Source: a virus
Direction: 5' to 3' (one strand)
DNA length: 64,000 nucleotides
Virus record (IMG/VR): IMGVR_UViG_3300020437_000005
Span: 1-64,000 of that record
The translations under genes were made by a program, and so were the position numbers. Positions 30,413 through 40,506 of the stretch are shown here, one piece after another. Every line of letters begins with the position of its first letter. The stretch's first letter is position 1. The notes under the pieces were generated by a model, which was not told where the DNA came from, searched no databases, and saw only the letters and a list, made by a program, of their open reading frames with translations.

Positions 30413-33400
30413 ATGTTCGATAATAAATGGCAAAAGAAAGAAATGCCACTGGTTAGTCTCATTGGAATGGGTGGTGGTATTGCATCACCTGCTTTTTTAG
30501 CTTCTATCGTTCTGAATATACTCAAACCAACAGTATTCTCTCCTGCAGATGATACCGGAGTTCCTGATTTTGATTATAATGCAGAATCAAGTGCGATTAC
30601 AAATGTTGGCACCGGTAGTATTACTTTAACTGGTACAAGCGGATCCTTTATTCCTGGTTCTTACATAAAAGATGCAAACTCTACAATCATACCTTCTGAT
30701 ATTGCATCAGTAGATGGATCTACAATTAGTTTTTCATCTGCAGTAGATTTAACAAGTATTACTGCTCCTCTGGAGATGGTTGATGCTAGTGGTAATATAA
30801 TAACACCTACAACATCTAATGTAACCACAACGACACCTATCGCTGGATCTAGTTTAGTTACAAACTATACGTTTACATATCCCAATGGCACTAGCGTTGG
30901 CTCGCCCAAACTTATTAATTCTGCAGCTAATATGCATCCTAGCAATAGTATGCCATTAGGGGATCGCATGTTGTGGATTAAAACAAATAATAATAGCAAT
31001 AATGCTATCAGTGATAGTGTAGTTCTTAATGGACGGACTTTATTTACAGATGCTGCTGATAACTCCAATTTGTTTAGTGGTGGCGTAGAGTTTGGGGAAG
31101 GATTTACTCGGTTACCCTACGATATTGCATCCCTAGGAACTGAAGTAGGGAACGGAAAAGCCTACGCTACGGAAATTGGTGTATCGCCCGGCTTATTGGA
31201 TATTGTGACTTGGAACGGTACGGGCACAGCCAGCACCGATCGTCGCATTCCACACTCATTGGGCAGTGTTCCTGGAATGATTATCGTAAAAAGAGTTGAT
31301 GGTAACCAAGACTGGTATGTTTTCCATACTTACAAAGGGGTTCAGTATTATGCAAATCTCAACAATAGTAATAGATGGGAGTGGACTCCTGCGGCGACAC
31401 CCGCGTGGGGATCAGCTCCCACAACAACAGATTTTGGAATAAACGAAAATACTTTAAGTACCCAAACTGGTGAGTATGTTGCTTATGTCTTTGCCGAAGA
31501 TACTCCTGGTAAAGTAAAGTGTGGTACGTATACTGGCAACGGTCACGATAATTTTGTAAACGACATAGGTTTCGCACCCCATTTTGTACTTATTAAAGAA
31601 GCTCATAACAGTGGCGGAATAACAAATAATGGTCGTAACTGGCTTGCCGCAAATACTTTTATGATGGGTGAGCAAAGATTCTGGAGACCTGCTGATGCTA
31701 CTCATTTAGATGGTAGTAATTCCGAATATATTAATAACAATTCCACTGGCATTCACGTTAAAGGTAGTGATACCCATATAAACCAAGCCGGAAGCACATA
31801 TATCTATTTGGCTGTTGCGGGAAATGACGCAAATGGTCTTCCAGTTCTGTCTCCAGACACAACTCAACTTACATTCCAAGATAATACCAATCTTGATCAA
31901 TTAACATCTGGAATGACGATTAGTTCAGATATTCCACAAACATTAGTATCTACATTTAGTGTAGATACTTATACTGGCAATAGTAGCACACAGGCAATCA
32001 ATAATGGAATTGATTTAGCAGGTCAAGGTGGATTAGTTTGGTTAAAAAAACGAAGTGCTGATGGCAATCATTGGTTATTTGACACAGAGAGGGGAGCTAA
32101 CTCAAGATTGCTCACCAATACGTCTGGTGATGCCTTTACAGCCGTAGAAGGTCTTTCATTTAATAGTGACGGTTTTACTGTTAATAATGACAACTCGATT
32201 AATGCTAGTGGTGCAGACCATGTTATGTGGAGCTTCCGCAAAGCGCCGGGGTTCTTTGACATTGTGACTTGGTCGGGTGATGGATCTGGAACACGAAATA
32301 TAAGCCACTCCCTTGGAAGCTCACCTGCAGTAATGATTTGGAAGAAACTAAATACTAGTTCAGATTGGTCTGTATACCACAAAGACGCGGGAACTGGATA
32401 TAATCTCTATCTAAATACAACCGATTCTAGATTAGACACTTCATTGTGGGGCACTGGACCAACGACTACAAATTTCCCTGCTCATCCAGCTTTTAACCTT
32501 ACTGGTGAAGAGTATGTAGCCTACCTGTTTGCAGATAATCCTTCTAATGAAATCAAGTGTGGAAGTTATACAGGATCAGGCGTAGGTACGTCAGTTAATG
32601 TTGGTTTTAGACCCCATTGGGTACTTATTAAGTCTTCTACTTATGATGAAACTAATTGGGTAATTGCTGATTCATCACGTCCTGGTGAATTGATCTGGCC
32701 CAATAAATGGGACGCAGGTTATCCAATGACTGTTAGTTTCAGTGATTCGGGATTTAGTTTAGATAGTAATAGTTCATATTTGAATTCATCTGGATACACT
32801 TATACTTATGTGGCAATCGGAAGTCCGACTGGTTTGTCAGGTGCTCCAACTGCAAAACTGACAGCTGATGCGGATCCTTCGACCAATACAGCTATCATTG
32901 ATGCAAGCTCCTGGACTACTGGTTATTCTGTAACTGGCCCAGCTTTCATTGCAACCGCATCAGGATTTGACGAAGATACAATAAACCTAACTCTCACGGA
33001 CACTACAGTATCAAAAGTATCTGATGGAAGTTTAGTAGGAGTAACAATTGATCAAGCTTTGACTATTGGTGAGACAGTTCAAGCTGATACTGCTGTTACT
33101 GGTACAGTTACTGCTCCGGTGTTTACTACGACTCTTTGGAGTGGTACAGGTTCAGCTCACGAAATTGTGACAGGAATTGATAATACAGCAAATACTTTAA
33201 TTTGGACTAAATCTAGAAATTACTCAAATAGTCACAGGTTATATACTCCTGCTGTAGATAACATTATCGGGAATCCAAGCATTTTGTTTTCCAACGTTAG
33301 TAACAGTGTTGGATCATATGGGGTTGGAGACTTTAGTGGATTTACTGCAAATGGTTTTACAGTTTCTGCTGATTCAAACGCCAATACTGGCCCCATGAAC

Positions 33401-35794
33401 TCCACAAACCTTAATTATGTTGCCTGGAACTTCCGTGCAGCACCCGGATTTTTGGACATTGTGACTTATACCTCTCAAAGTGGTGTCAGTGCAATTGATC
33501 ACAACCTAGGTTCAGTTCCTGGATGTATAATAGTTAAAAAACTGAATGGTGGTACTTCTTGGCAGGTCTATCATAAAGATTTAGATTCTGGTAAACTTCT
33601 AGAATTGGACGGATATCAGGATCAAGCCACTCGCAATGGTTTCCCATCAGCACCCACTTCTACTCAGTTTTTTATTGATCCAATTTCTCATAACACTTTC
33701 GGAAATGTAGGCGATCAATTTGTCGCTTATCTCTTCGCAGAGGATACACCTGGTCTGATTAAGTGTGGCCTATACACTGGCAATGGTAGCAGTTCACAAA
33801 CAATTAATCTTGGATTTGAAACAGGATTATTGATAACAAAACCTAAAAACCTAGATCAAGGTTGGATGATTATAGATTCAGAAAGAAAAACTGATTCGGG
33901 TACTCATAATGCATTCTCACAACCTAATGAACTTAGCCCAGATAATTCCTTTAATGAGTTTCATTCATTAACAAGTACTGGATTTACAGCAGGTAGTTCG
34001 GCCAACGCAAGTAATAGACAAACCATCTACATCGCTATTGCAAAAAATCCAGAAATGGATATTACATCAGACATTTATGCATCAGGAACAGTATCATCAT
34101 CTTCAGGTAATACGATTGCTCTGTCAAATACAACTGGTACATGGTCAACCGGAATGAAGATTCAGGGTACAGATTCTGACACTAAAGATAATCCAGATGC
34201 AATAAGAGCCGAGAATATTGTATTGACATCTTCTGCACCGTCTGCAGAAAAACCTGTTAGCACTTGGGGCAATGCAATATGGGAGATTGCGACTGATGAG
34301 AACTTCACACAAAATGTACAGACCGCAACCACTGCACTTTCAGCAACTGGTACACAAGCAGGTCCAAGTTTCGTCTTTGAAAGAGAAACTGGATATTATA
34401 CTAGAACTAAGTACACCGCACTGGGTCAAGAATCCGAGTGGTCTGATGTTACTTATTTTGTAACTAGAGCACTTTATGTTGATTCATTCTGGATTGATTT
34501 ATTTAACACTAATGGATGGGACTATGAATATGCAGAAGGTATAGACAGTGATGATAATGGAAATATATACGTTATATCAATTAGATATAGTGCTGGTGGC
34601 AGTGGATACAAGGGAATGTCATTGGTTAAATTAGATTCAAATGGTGTTATCAAATGGCAAAAGTATATGACATATAATATTCCAGGCGATAGAACTTACC
34701 CACTTGAAAGTAGAACTGTTTCCGTTACCCCAGATGGATCTGAAATATTTGTAACAGCACAGGGTGATTTGGGAATGCTTGTCTCCAAATTTAATTCTGA
34801 TGGAATTCTTCAATGGAGCAAAAAGTTGGGTGTATCAAATTCAAATAATTACTCATATGGAACTACTTTAACATCTTCTGGTGAATTGGTAATGTTTGGT
34901 AAAGACGACCAAAATTCTGGGTCACATACATTTGTAACTCAAATTTCTAGTAATGGATCACAAACTTTTTATTCATCAATTGGAAGAACAAGTGGTGATA
35001 CAACAACGTTGGCTTTTGAATGTGAACCTTTTACAGACAGTGATGATAATATCCACTTTGTTATCAACTCTTGGAATGGATCGAAGCGCACACCTGGCGT
35101 TGTAAAGTATAATTCATCTGGCGTATTACAAAGTGTCAGTGACTTCAACAGCAGTGTTGATAATAGTATTGCTGATGAAGACCATTTCGGCGATATAGCT
35201 GTTGACGGTTCTGGTAATAAATACATTACTTATAGACGTGATGTATCTGGGATGAGAAGTGGTTTACTTAAATTAAATTCTTCTGACGAAATTCAGTGGC
35301 AAAGTGAAATTAGTAGTAACAACCCACATTATCCACTGCAGGTTAATATTGATTCTTCTGGAAATATAGTCAGCGCCTTCCAGGATAGAAGAACTAATAG
35401 TGGTATTATTATTACCAAACATACATCAGATGGAACACTGGTGTGGAAGAGATCATTTAGACATTCCAATACAGAAATCAATCCTAATGCTGAAGTAAGA
35501 CTCAATAGAAATGATAATATCATACTCTATTCTTACACTTATGGTGATGTAAAAACTATTGTATGTCAACTTCCTTCAACTGGAGGTTTGACGGGCACTT
35601 ATAATACTTCTTATGGTAATTTTATTTGGGAAGATGCGACTCATGTTACTGTGTCTAGTTCCACCGCATATTTCAAAAATGGATCCTCTATCTATAGTGC
35701 CAAGAGCACATCTATGTCCATGTCATCCTTCACAAATACAGATGTAGGAAGTAATATTCTTTCTGCAAATAAAACTGACATACCAACTCCTTGA
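30413..35794 (+). CDS. Tail fibre / receptor-binding protein (1793 aa) with C-terminal beta-propeller
   Basis: Three 'DIVT...H.LGS.P..II.K' modules as in 3-2435; C-terminal 'D..GNIY', 'K..S.G..QW' propeller repeats; AGGAG SD. Confidence 0.75.
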   Translation: MFDNKWQKKEMPLVSLIGMGGGIASPAFLASIVLNILKPTVFSPADDTGVPDFDYNAESSAITNVGTGSITLTGTSGSFIPGSYIKDANSTIIPSDIASVDGSTISFSSAVDLTSITAPLEMVDASGNIITPTTSNVTTTTPIAGSSLVTNYTFTYPNGTSVGSPKLINSAANMHPSNSMPLGDRMLWIKTNNNSNNAISDSVVLNGRTLFTDAADNSNLFSGGVEFGEGFTRLPYDIASLGTEVGNGKAYATEIGVSPGLLDIVTWNGTGTASTDRRIPHSLGSVPGMIIVKRVDGNQDWYVFHTYKGVQYYANLNNSNRWEWTPAATPAWGSAPTTTDFGINENTLSTQTGEYVAYVFAEDTPGKVKCGTYTGNGHDNFVNDIGFAPHFVLIKEAHNSGGITNNGRNWLAANTFMMGEQRFWRPADATHLDGSNSEYINNNSTGIHVKGSDTHINQAGSTYIYLAVAGNDANGLPVLSPDTTQLTFQDNTNLDQLTSGMTISSDIPQTLVSTFSVDTYTGNSSTQAINNGIDLAGQGGLVWLKKRSADGNHWLFDTERGANSRLLTNTSGDAFTAVEGLSFNSDGFTVNNDNSINASGADHVMWSFRKAPGFFDIVTWSGDGSGTRNISHSLGSSPAVMIWKKLNTSSDWSVYHKDAGTGYNLYLNTTDSRLDTSLWGTGPTTTNFPAHPAFNLTGEEYVAYLFADNPSNEIKCGSYTGSGVGTSVNVGFRPHWVLIKSSTYDETNWVIADSSRPGELIWPNKWDAGYPMTVSFSDSGFSLDSNSSYLNSSGYTYTYVAIGSPTGLSGAPTAKLTADADPSTNTAIIDASSWTTGYSVTGPAFIATASGFDEDTINLTLTDTTVSKVSDGSLVGVTIDQALTIGETVQADTAVTGTVTAPVFTTTLWSGTGSAHEIVTGIDNTANTLIWTKSRNYSNSHRLYTPAVDNIIGNPSILFSNVSNSVGSYGVGDFSGFTANGFTVSADSNANTGPMNSTNLNYVAWNFRAAPGFLDIVTYTSQSGVSAIDHNLGSVPGCIIVKKLNGGTSWQVYHKDLDSGKLLELDGYQDQATRNGFPSAPTSTQFFIDPISHNTFGNVGDQFVAYLFAEDTPGLIKCGLYTGNGSSSQTINLGFETGLLITKPKNLDQGWMIIDSERKTDSGTHNAFSQPNELSPDNSFNEFHSLTSTGFTAGSSANASNRQTIYIAIAKNPEMDITSDIYASGTVSSSSGNTIALSNTTGTWSTGMKIQGTDSDTKDNPDAIRAENIVLTSSAPSAEKPVSTWGNAIWEIATDENFTQNVQTATTALSATGTQAGPSFVFERETGYYTRTKYTALGQESEWSDVTYFVTRALYVDSFWIDLFNTNGWDYEYAEGIDSDDNGNIYVISIRYSAGGSGYKGMSLVKLDSNGVIKWQKYMTYNIPGDRTYPLESRTVSVTPDGSEIFVTAQGDLGMLVSKFNSDGILQWSKKLGVSNSNNYSYGTTLTSSGELVMFGKDDQNSGSHTFVTQISSNGSQTFYSSIGRTSGDTTTLAFECEPFTDSDDNIHFVINSWNGSKRTPGVVKYNSSGVLQSVSDFNSSVDNSIADEDHFGDIAVDGSGNKYITYRRDVSGMRSGLLKLNSSDEIQWQSEISSNNPHYPLQVNIDSSGNIVSAFQDRRTNSGIIITKHTSDGTLVWKRSFRHSNTEINPNAEVRLNRNDNIILYSYTYGDVKTIVCQLPSTGGLTGTYNTSYGNFIWEDATHVTVSSSTAYFKNGSSIYSAKSTSMSMSSFTNTDVGSNILSANKTDIPTP

Positions 35795-35823
35795 TCTATA
35801 TTATTACATAAAAACCACCCAAA

Positions 35824-35870
35824 AAAGTGGCACACAAGACCTCTACCAGTTCTGGTGGGGGTCTTATTAT
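35824..35870 (+). promoter_or_regulatory. Putative early promoter: AAAGTGGCACAC box + hairpin + TATTAT -10
   Basis: Sits at the boundary between the structural block and the small-ORF block. Stem AAGACCTCTACCAG/CTGGTGGGGGTCTT (35836-35865) may also terminate late transcripts. Confidence 0.55.
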
Positions 35871-35893
35871 ATCTGGACATAAACGACACGTCA

Positions 35894-35992
35894 ATGACCG
35901 CCACTGAGAAACTGATCTTTATTGCCTCATTTGTATGGATGCTCAACTGGGGTACAAGAGTCACCTCTGTTGCAATTCAAGCACTCTCTTGA
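35894..35992 (+). CDS. Small membrane peptide (32 aa)
   Basis: MTATEKLIFIASFVWMLNWGTRVTSVAIQALS, hydrophobic; translated manually. Confidence 0.5.
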   Translation: MTATEKLIFIASFVWMLNWGTRVTSVAIQALS

Positions 35993-36017
35993 CACCCCTT
36001 TACTTTCCTGATACAAT
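35989..36017 (+). promoter_or_regulatory. sigma70-type promoter
   Basis: TTGACA-17 nt-TACAAT with extended TG. Confidence 0.8.
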
Positions 36018-36043
36018 AACCTTTGTGGAGGTTCAATGACATT

Positions 36044-36241
36044 ATGGCTAAAACTGAGATTCTCTTTGTAAAACCAAAGTCCCGTAAAGCTAAGAATCGA
36101 TTTGCTAATGAGATGTGTTCTTTACATGGATGTCGTGTAGAGAAACGTGAGAGTGGTAAAATCTTTCTTGCATCTATTAGTGGTAAATACTTCTTTTGGA
36201 TGAATGAAAGTGCTGACGATCATTGGGATCTTGTCAAATGA
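36044..36241 (+). CDS. Hypothetical phage protein
   Basis: ORF with upstream GGAGG; ATG 36044 preferred over the track start at 36023. Confidence 0.6.
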   Translation: MAKTEILFVKPKSRKAKNRFANEMCSLHGCRVEKRESGKIFLASISGKYFFWMNESADDHWDLVK

Positions 36242-36278
36242 TTTTCCATCCAAAATGTAAACCCAAAAATAGAAACAA

Positions 36279-36476
36279 ATGAAAGATCAGTACCCCATTG
36301 AAGACAATGAATCAAAACAAGAGAAATGGAATCGTGGACTTGATTTGTTCATTGAATCAGTTCTGAAACCAGACCCTGCACTACGTCAATGTGCTCATAA
36401 TCAACGATGTTATCATGAATTAATGGATGTAAGGGCTGATGTCCTTGAATATCTTAAATCTAAACGTTGGTATTAA
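36279..36476 (+). CDS. Hypothetical phage protein
   Basis: ORF in a tightly packed + strand array. Confidence 0.6.
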   Translation: MKDQYPIEDNESKQEKWNRGLDLFIESVLKPDPALRQCAHNQRCYHELMDVRADVLEYLKSKRWY

Positions 36477-36489
36477 TTCACAATTTCAC

Positions 36490-36648
36490 ATGAATTTATC
36501 ACTTCAAGAAGTGGATCATCTTATTAAGTCATTGGAAACAATGTCTCAACATGATGTGGCGAGAGCAAGAGAAATGATTGCACCTGGTGTGACAAATCAT
36601 TCACAACTGATTCAAAGACTTAAAGATTATCGTTTTCGTTTGACCTGA
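36490..36648 (+). CDS. Hypothetical phage protein
   Basis: ORF; ATG start avoids overlap with the upstream gene. Confidence 0.55.
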   Translation: MNLSLQEVDHLIKSLETMSQHDVARAREMIAPGVTNHSQLIQRLKDYRFRLT

Positions 36649-36649
36649 C

Positions 36650-37111
36650 ATGAAGGAATTTGATTATGAACTCGATTACAAAACACTTGACTTCACAGAT
36701 GCAGAAACTCGCAAACTTTATCGCATTGGAAGGGGAGAACAAGGAGTGTTATTGGTACGGCCTTACACTAACGACATTTGCGCTCATTGGAGGTTTGTAG
36801 ATGAGACTACCGCTCGCAAATCTTCTGCTAAGATATACTCCATGTTCTGTGAGTATAGAGACGCTGGAGACTTCATTGGTATGGACATGGCACGGAAATT
36901 CCTTGAAATGGGTTTTACACGCGCCCGCAGGTATGCAAATCATTCTAGTGGAAAAAAGTATTCTAAAGACGGTACCATTAGACCCCAGGAGACAGATGCA
37001 CTACACAATATCAAGGCGAAGGCTGCAAGAATCTTCAAAGAAGTAAGAGATAAAGCAGCATATGACTCTCAGTATCAACAAATGCGTAAACAATGGAGGT
37101 CCGCAGAATGA
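36650..37111 (+). CDS. DUF4385-like conserved protein
   Basis: 'YRIGRGEQGVL..PY', 'F.GMDMARKFLEMG.TRARRYANH' motifs recognised from memory. Confidence 0.7.
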   Translation: MKEFDYELDYKTLDFTDAETRKLYRIGRGEQGVLLVRPYTNDICAHWRFVDETTARKSSAKIYSMFCEYRDAGDFIGMDMARKFLEMGFTRARRYANHSSGKKYSKDGTIRPQETDALHNIKAKAARIFKEVRDKAAYDSQYQQMRKQWRSAE

Positions 37112-37338
37112 CTAAGTTAATCAAACCATCAGACTCACGATATTTCAAACAAACATCAGATGAACCTTATGATCGACACACCTATGAGTTAATTCTTCCC
37201 ACAGGTAGAACATTAGTCTTTCAAGATTATGAGCATCTTCGTGCAGTATGGTTCGAAGCTGCAAGAAACTGGTCAGGTTGTATTGTAAATGTGTTAGGCG
37301 ATGTTAAAGATGATGAGACCAAACCTTCTCAATCCTAG
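37108..37338 (+). CDS. Hypothetical phage protein
   Basis: ATGA overlap with the upstream stop; GGAGG SD. Confidence 0.6.
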   Translation: MTKLIKPSDSRYFKQTSDEPYDRHTYELILPTGRTLVFQDYEHLRAVWFEAARNWSGCIVNVLGDVKDDETKPSQS

Positions 37339-37345
37339 AGGATCT

Positions 37346-37537
37346 ATGAAATTTCCACATGCATCATTTCCATGGCGATTAGAATGTTCTAATTCAGACA
37401 TAATCTGCCATTTTCAGTGCGAAGATCATTTACAAAAACATATAGATAGGTATAATTTAAAGCCAAGAAATATTAAAGTAGAGAATTGTGATGGAAAACC
37501 CTTTATCTTACGTAAAAAATACAAGAGAAAAGTTTGA
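37346..37537 (+). CDS. Hypothetical phage protein
   Basis: ORF with GAGGA SD. Confidence 0.55.
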   Translation: MKFPHASFPWRLECSNSDIICHFQCEDHLQKHIDRYNLKPRNIKVENCDGKPFILRKKYKRKV

Positions 37538-37670
37538 TAGATTTCATCAAGTTATTGTAACTGAGGTACAGGTACAGTTTGATGATGAAGAACCTGCATG
37601 GATTCCTTTCTCCACTTTATTGGGTATTCAGAAGTTGGTAAATAGTAATAGAATGAGCAATACCTTATGA
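37491..37670 (+). CDS. Hypothetical phage protein
   Basis: ORF 'TEVQVQF.DEEPAWIP'. Confidence 0.5.
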   Translation: MENPLSYVKNTREKFDRFHQVIVTEVQVQFDDEEPAWIPFSTLLGIQKLVNSNRMSNTL

Positions 37671-37888
37671 TTAAGTTTATTCAGAGATTCTTTGACCCTA
37701 GTGTAAAGATTGATGATGGAAGTTTGATAGATTTGATTTTAGAATTGGAAGACCGTGTAGAATACTTAGAAAGAGAAAATGATTCTCTCTCTGCATCTCT
37801 AACTGAGTTGGAAGATAGACTTGATCAACGTATTGACAGAATACAACCAGTCATTTACCACATCAAAGGAGGAGAAAAAAATGTATGA
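37667..37888 (+). CDS. Hypothetical coiled-coil protein
   Basis: ATGA overlap; heptad pattern. Confidence 0.55.
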   Translation: MIKFIQRFFDPSVKIDDGSLIDLILELEDRVEYLERENDSLSASLTELEDRLDQRIDRIQPVIYHIKGGEKNV

Positions 37889-38096
37889 TGATTTAGATGG
37901 ATTTGAGAGAGCATTATCATTTTTTGGTAATCGAGTAGAAATAATTTGTGCAATGGAACTTGGTGGTAGAATTACTGCTGAGGATGCATATCAACAAATC
38001 AAAGATGAACTCAAGGGATTGAAAAAAATTCGTAAGAAAGTTAGAAACGACAGTGACTATGGTTTCGAGTGGACACCTCTGGTAGACCGGGACTGA
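37881..38096 (+). CDS. Hypothetical phage protein
   Basis: AGGAGG SD; 'FG.RVEIICAMELGG.I..EDAYQ.IK' motif. Confidence 0.6.
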   Translation: MYDDLDGFERALSFFGNRVEIICAMELGGRITAEDAYQQIKDELKGLKKIRKKVRNDSDYGFEWTPLVDRD

Positions 38097-38123
38097 ACCA
38101 CATTAAGTAGTGTCATAGGGGCC

Positions 38124-38152
38124 TTTACAAAACAGATCAACTCATGTATGAT
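38124..38152 (+). promoter_or_regulatory. sigma70-type promoter
   Basis: TTTACA-17 nt-TATGAT. Confidence 0.65.
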
Positions 38153-38175
38153 TGGTTCATGAACAAAAATCAACG

Positions 38176-38721
38176 ATGAAACTCTCAACATTCATTCTTC
38201 CTGTTCTTCTTACCACAGCATCATTTTCTGGAGTTGCTGCTCAAGCGGAGTATCAGGTATTTCATGAACAACACTGCTACGAGAATGTAGAGCGGTATGT
38301 TCCTGGATACTACAAAGCTAATGGTCATTATGTGAGTGCAAAGGTAAAGAATAAGCGTCGTAAAGTTGGATGTGATCAAGCACAGACTGCTCCTGGAAGT
38401 GCTGCTCCCGCAAGTTATGGCGGTTCTTTTTATGGATCTTTTGGGAATGGTAATATTGCACATGGTTATCACCAACCACACTACCCTCAGCAGCAAACCA
38501 ACTATTATCAACAACAATATCCACAACAACAGCAACAACCGATTGTTATCAATCAACCACAGAATCAGTGCAATGGTAAACTCCTGCGCATGGGTATAGG
38601 TGCTCTCGGTGGTGGTTTTGCTGGTCGTTATGCTGTTGGTGGTAAAAAATCTAAAAATACTATTCTAGGCACAGTTCTGGGTGCTGGTGCAGGTAGTCTC
38701 ATTGGTCGTGCTACTTGCTGA
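38176..38721 (+). CDS. Secreted/envelope protein with signal peptide and C-terminal glycine-zipper
   Basis: MKLSTFILPVLLTTASFSGVAAQA signal-like N-terminus; Q/Y-rich linker; 'GALGGGFAG...ILGTVLGAGAGSLIG'. Confidence 0.65.
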   Translation: MKLSTFILPVLLTTASFSGVAAQAEYQVFHEQHCYENVERYVPGYYKANGHYVSAKVKNKRRKVGCDQAQTAPGSAAPASYGGSFYGSFGNGNIAHGYHQPHYPQQQTNYYQQQYPQQQQQPIVINQPQNQCNGKLLRMGIGALGGGFAGRYAVGGKKSKNTILGTVLGAGAGSLIGRATC

Positions 38722-38981
38722 TGATGAAGTGTAGAACTTGTAAACATTGGACTCCGGGCAAATTTGGATTGGGATCTTGTACTGGAATCTTTCCAAGTTT
38801 TACTATGATCAGCAAACCACCTAAAACTGATCATAAACGTGGAACAGTGCAGAAACAATCTAAGTTAATTCGTGTGCGTGATGGCATTGGTGGACTTGGT
38901 ACTTATCAACCATGTCCGTCATCTGTTGTCTCCACTTCATCTGACTGGGGTTGCAAAAATTGGACGAGGAAAAAAATATGA
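38721..38981 (+). CDS. Small Cys-containing protein
   Basis: CRTC..C...C pattern; TGATG coupling. Confidence 0.55.
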   Translation: MMKCRTCKHWTPGKFGLGSCTGIFPSFTMISKPPKTDHKRGTVQKQSKLIRVRDGIGGLGTYQPCPSSVVSTSSDWGCKNWTRKKI

Positions 38982-39166
38982 TAGACAGATCTTTTCTTGA
39001 AAAAATACCACATGAGTTAAAAGAGGCTCTTGCGGAAGATTGCGAGGATTATCTTCTACATAGAAATATACCATTGCACTCTCATTCCTATGACAACATC
39101 ATCATCCAGGCAATCAAAGAGGGATATCAAGCTAACAAGTTTGATAGACCAATCCGTTTCGATTGA
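38978..39166 (+). CDS. Hypothetical phage protein
   Basis: ATGA overlap; GAGGA SD. Confidence 0.55.
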   Translation: MIDRSFLEKIPHELKEALAEDCEDYLLHRNIPLHSHSYDNIIIQAIKEGYQANKFDRPIRFD

Positions 39167-39244
39167 ATTTTGGTCACAAGTTGCTAAGGAATCTGAACAA
39201 CTTGGAATTGATGTAGATTATTTCCTTGTGGAGTTTTATACATC

Positions 39245-39424
39245 ATGACTGACCACGATAGATTGGTGAGCGCCATTCTTCGTGTGGATGAAATCGCTTC
39301 CCTGCTCCCAGATAATAACTGTCAACAGTTTTTATACTTTAAGTTATTATCAATCAAAACTGAACTTGAAAGTCAACTCAATCAGTTGACAAGAAAACAA
39401 AATCAATCTAAAATCAAGGAGTAA
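39245..39424 (+). CDS. Hypothetical phage protein (59 aa)
   Basis: Translated manually (MTDHDRLVSA...KIKE); below the ORF-track cutoff. Confidence 0.5.
   Translation: MTDHDRLVSAILRVDEIASLLPDNNCQQFLYFKLLSIKTELESQLNQLTRKQNQSKIKE
39386..39414 (+). promoter_or_regulatory. sigma70-type promoter
   Basis: TTGACA-17 nt-TAAAAT. Confidence 0.7.
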
Positions 39425-39434
39425 TTTACTTAGA

Positions 39435-39677
39435 ATGATGACTCAGAAGTTTTTCTACATCGTGAATCACTTTGTCCCTTTTCCAACATCAGAATACGGT
39501 GGTATTTGGAATGTGGTAGCAGAGAACGATGACGAATGTTTTGACTTAATTGTTGAGCGAGATGAAGGATTTAATGAAGGGCATTACAATCGTCTTCGTG
39601 AAAATATCATGAAGGCACCAACATATGCACTGTCAGAAAATCTTGATTCTGAAATCGTAGAGGAGTTTACGACATGA
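39435..39677 (+). CDS. Hypothetical phage protein
   Basis: AAGGAG SD; 'VPFPTSEYGGIW.V.A'. Confidence 0.6.
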   Translation: MMTQKFFYIVNHFVPFPTSEYGGIWNVVAENDDECFDLIVERDEGFNEGHYNRLRENIMKAPTYALSENLDSEIVEEFTT

Positions 39678-39988
39678 TTGGCAAACTTGATCCTGAAGAA
39701 AATGTAATGGATTTTGATCTGATTACTACAAATCGAAGAGCAAAAGCTATTATTAGAAACATAACAGAAAAACTTACAAAGCAAATTGCAGAGTTAAATT
39801 GGGAGTGCTATGATGACGTTGTTGTTGAGGTTGGGGGTCGCTCTGTTAGTGGTATTGATGTGGGCGAAGATTACAATCCCAAGTGGTCATCACCCAAAGG
39901 AACCATCAAGAACAATAAAGACGCATTTATCGTAATCAAAAATAGAACTAGAACTCCATTTACACCATCAAAACCAAATGAAACCTGA
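39674..39988 (+). CDS. Hypothetical phage protein
   Basis: ATGA overlap. Confidence 0.6.
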   Translation: MIGKLDPEENVMDFDLITTNRRAKAIIRNITEKLTKQIAELNWECYDDVVVEVGGRSVSGIDVGEDYNPKWSSPKGTIKNNKDAFIVIKNRTRTPFTPSKPNET

Positions 39989-40211
39989 TGCAACCATCTC
40001 TTGGGATCAACATCTCAAAAGAGGAAACGTGTGGAGATGTGAATTAGAACTTTCCATGCAAGACACACCAGGAGATGAACCGTACATATACACTGTGGAG
40101 GTTTATGTAGTGTCACCCACACAAGCACTTGCACAGTATATTGTGACTACAATGTATCCAGAATTTGAATCCTTCTTGATCGATGATGAACCTTGTCGAA
40201 CTACCCCATGA
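39978..40211 (+). CDS. Hypothetical phage protein
   Basis: Packed ORF. Confidence 0.55.
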   Translation: MKPDATISWDQHLKRGNVWRCELELSMQDTPGDEPYIYTVEVYVVSPTQALAQYIVTTMYPEFESFLIDDEPCRTTP

Positions 40212-40506
40212 TTTCCCCCATCAACCCCCAAAAGGATATAGTTATGAAGCAACCAATTTCAAAACGAATGTGGTTGCTATTTGGTTACGGGATCATCGCA
40301 AGTATTCTTACACTTCTGATGATGTTAGGACTATTTGGGGATTCGTCAAGACAAAACGAGGAAGGAAGGGAAGCATTACGACGACTTATCATGCCCCCAT
40401 CAACTCAAATAAAGTAGGAGATGTGGTAGACATTAACAATACTCGTAACTACACTGCGATGCAACTCAATCTCAATCCGTTAGAAAGTGTTATCTACAAT
40501 GTATAA
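40183..40506 (+). CDS. Conserved hypothetical cyanophage protein
   Basis: 'FPH.PPKGYSY...TIWGF...APIN..KVG...YTAM..NLNPL'. Confidence 0.6.
   Translation: MMNLVELPHDFPHQPPKGYSYEATNFKTNVVAIWLRDHRKYSYTSDDVRTIWGFVKTKRGRKGSITTTYHAPINSNKVGDVVDINNTRNYTAMQLNLNPLESVIYNV

Noticed and set aside
111-34198. Diversity-generating retroelement TR/VR pair
   Set aside because: Differences between the 120-bp homologous segments are not adenine-specific, both lie mid-gene, and no reverse transcriptase is present.
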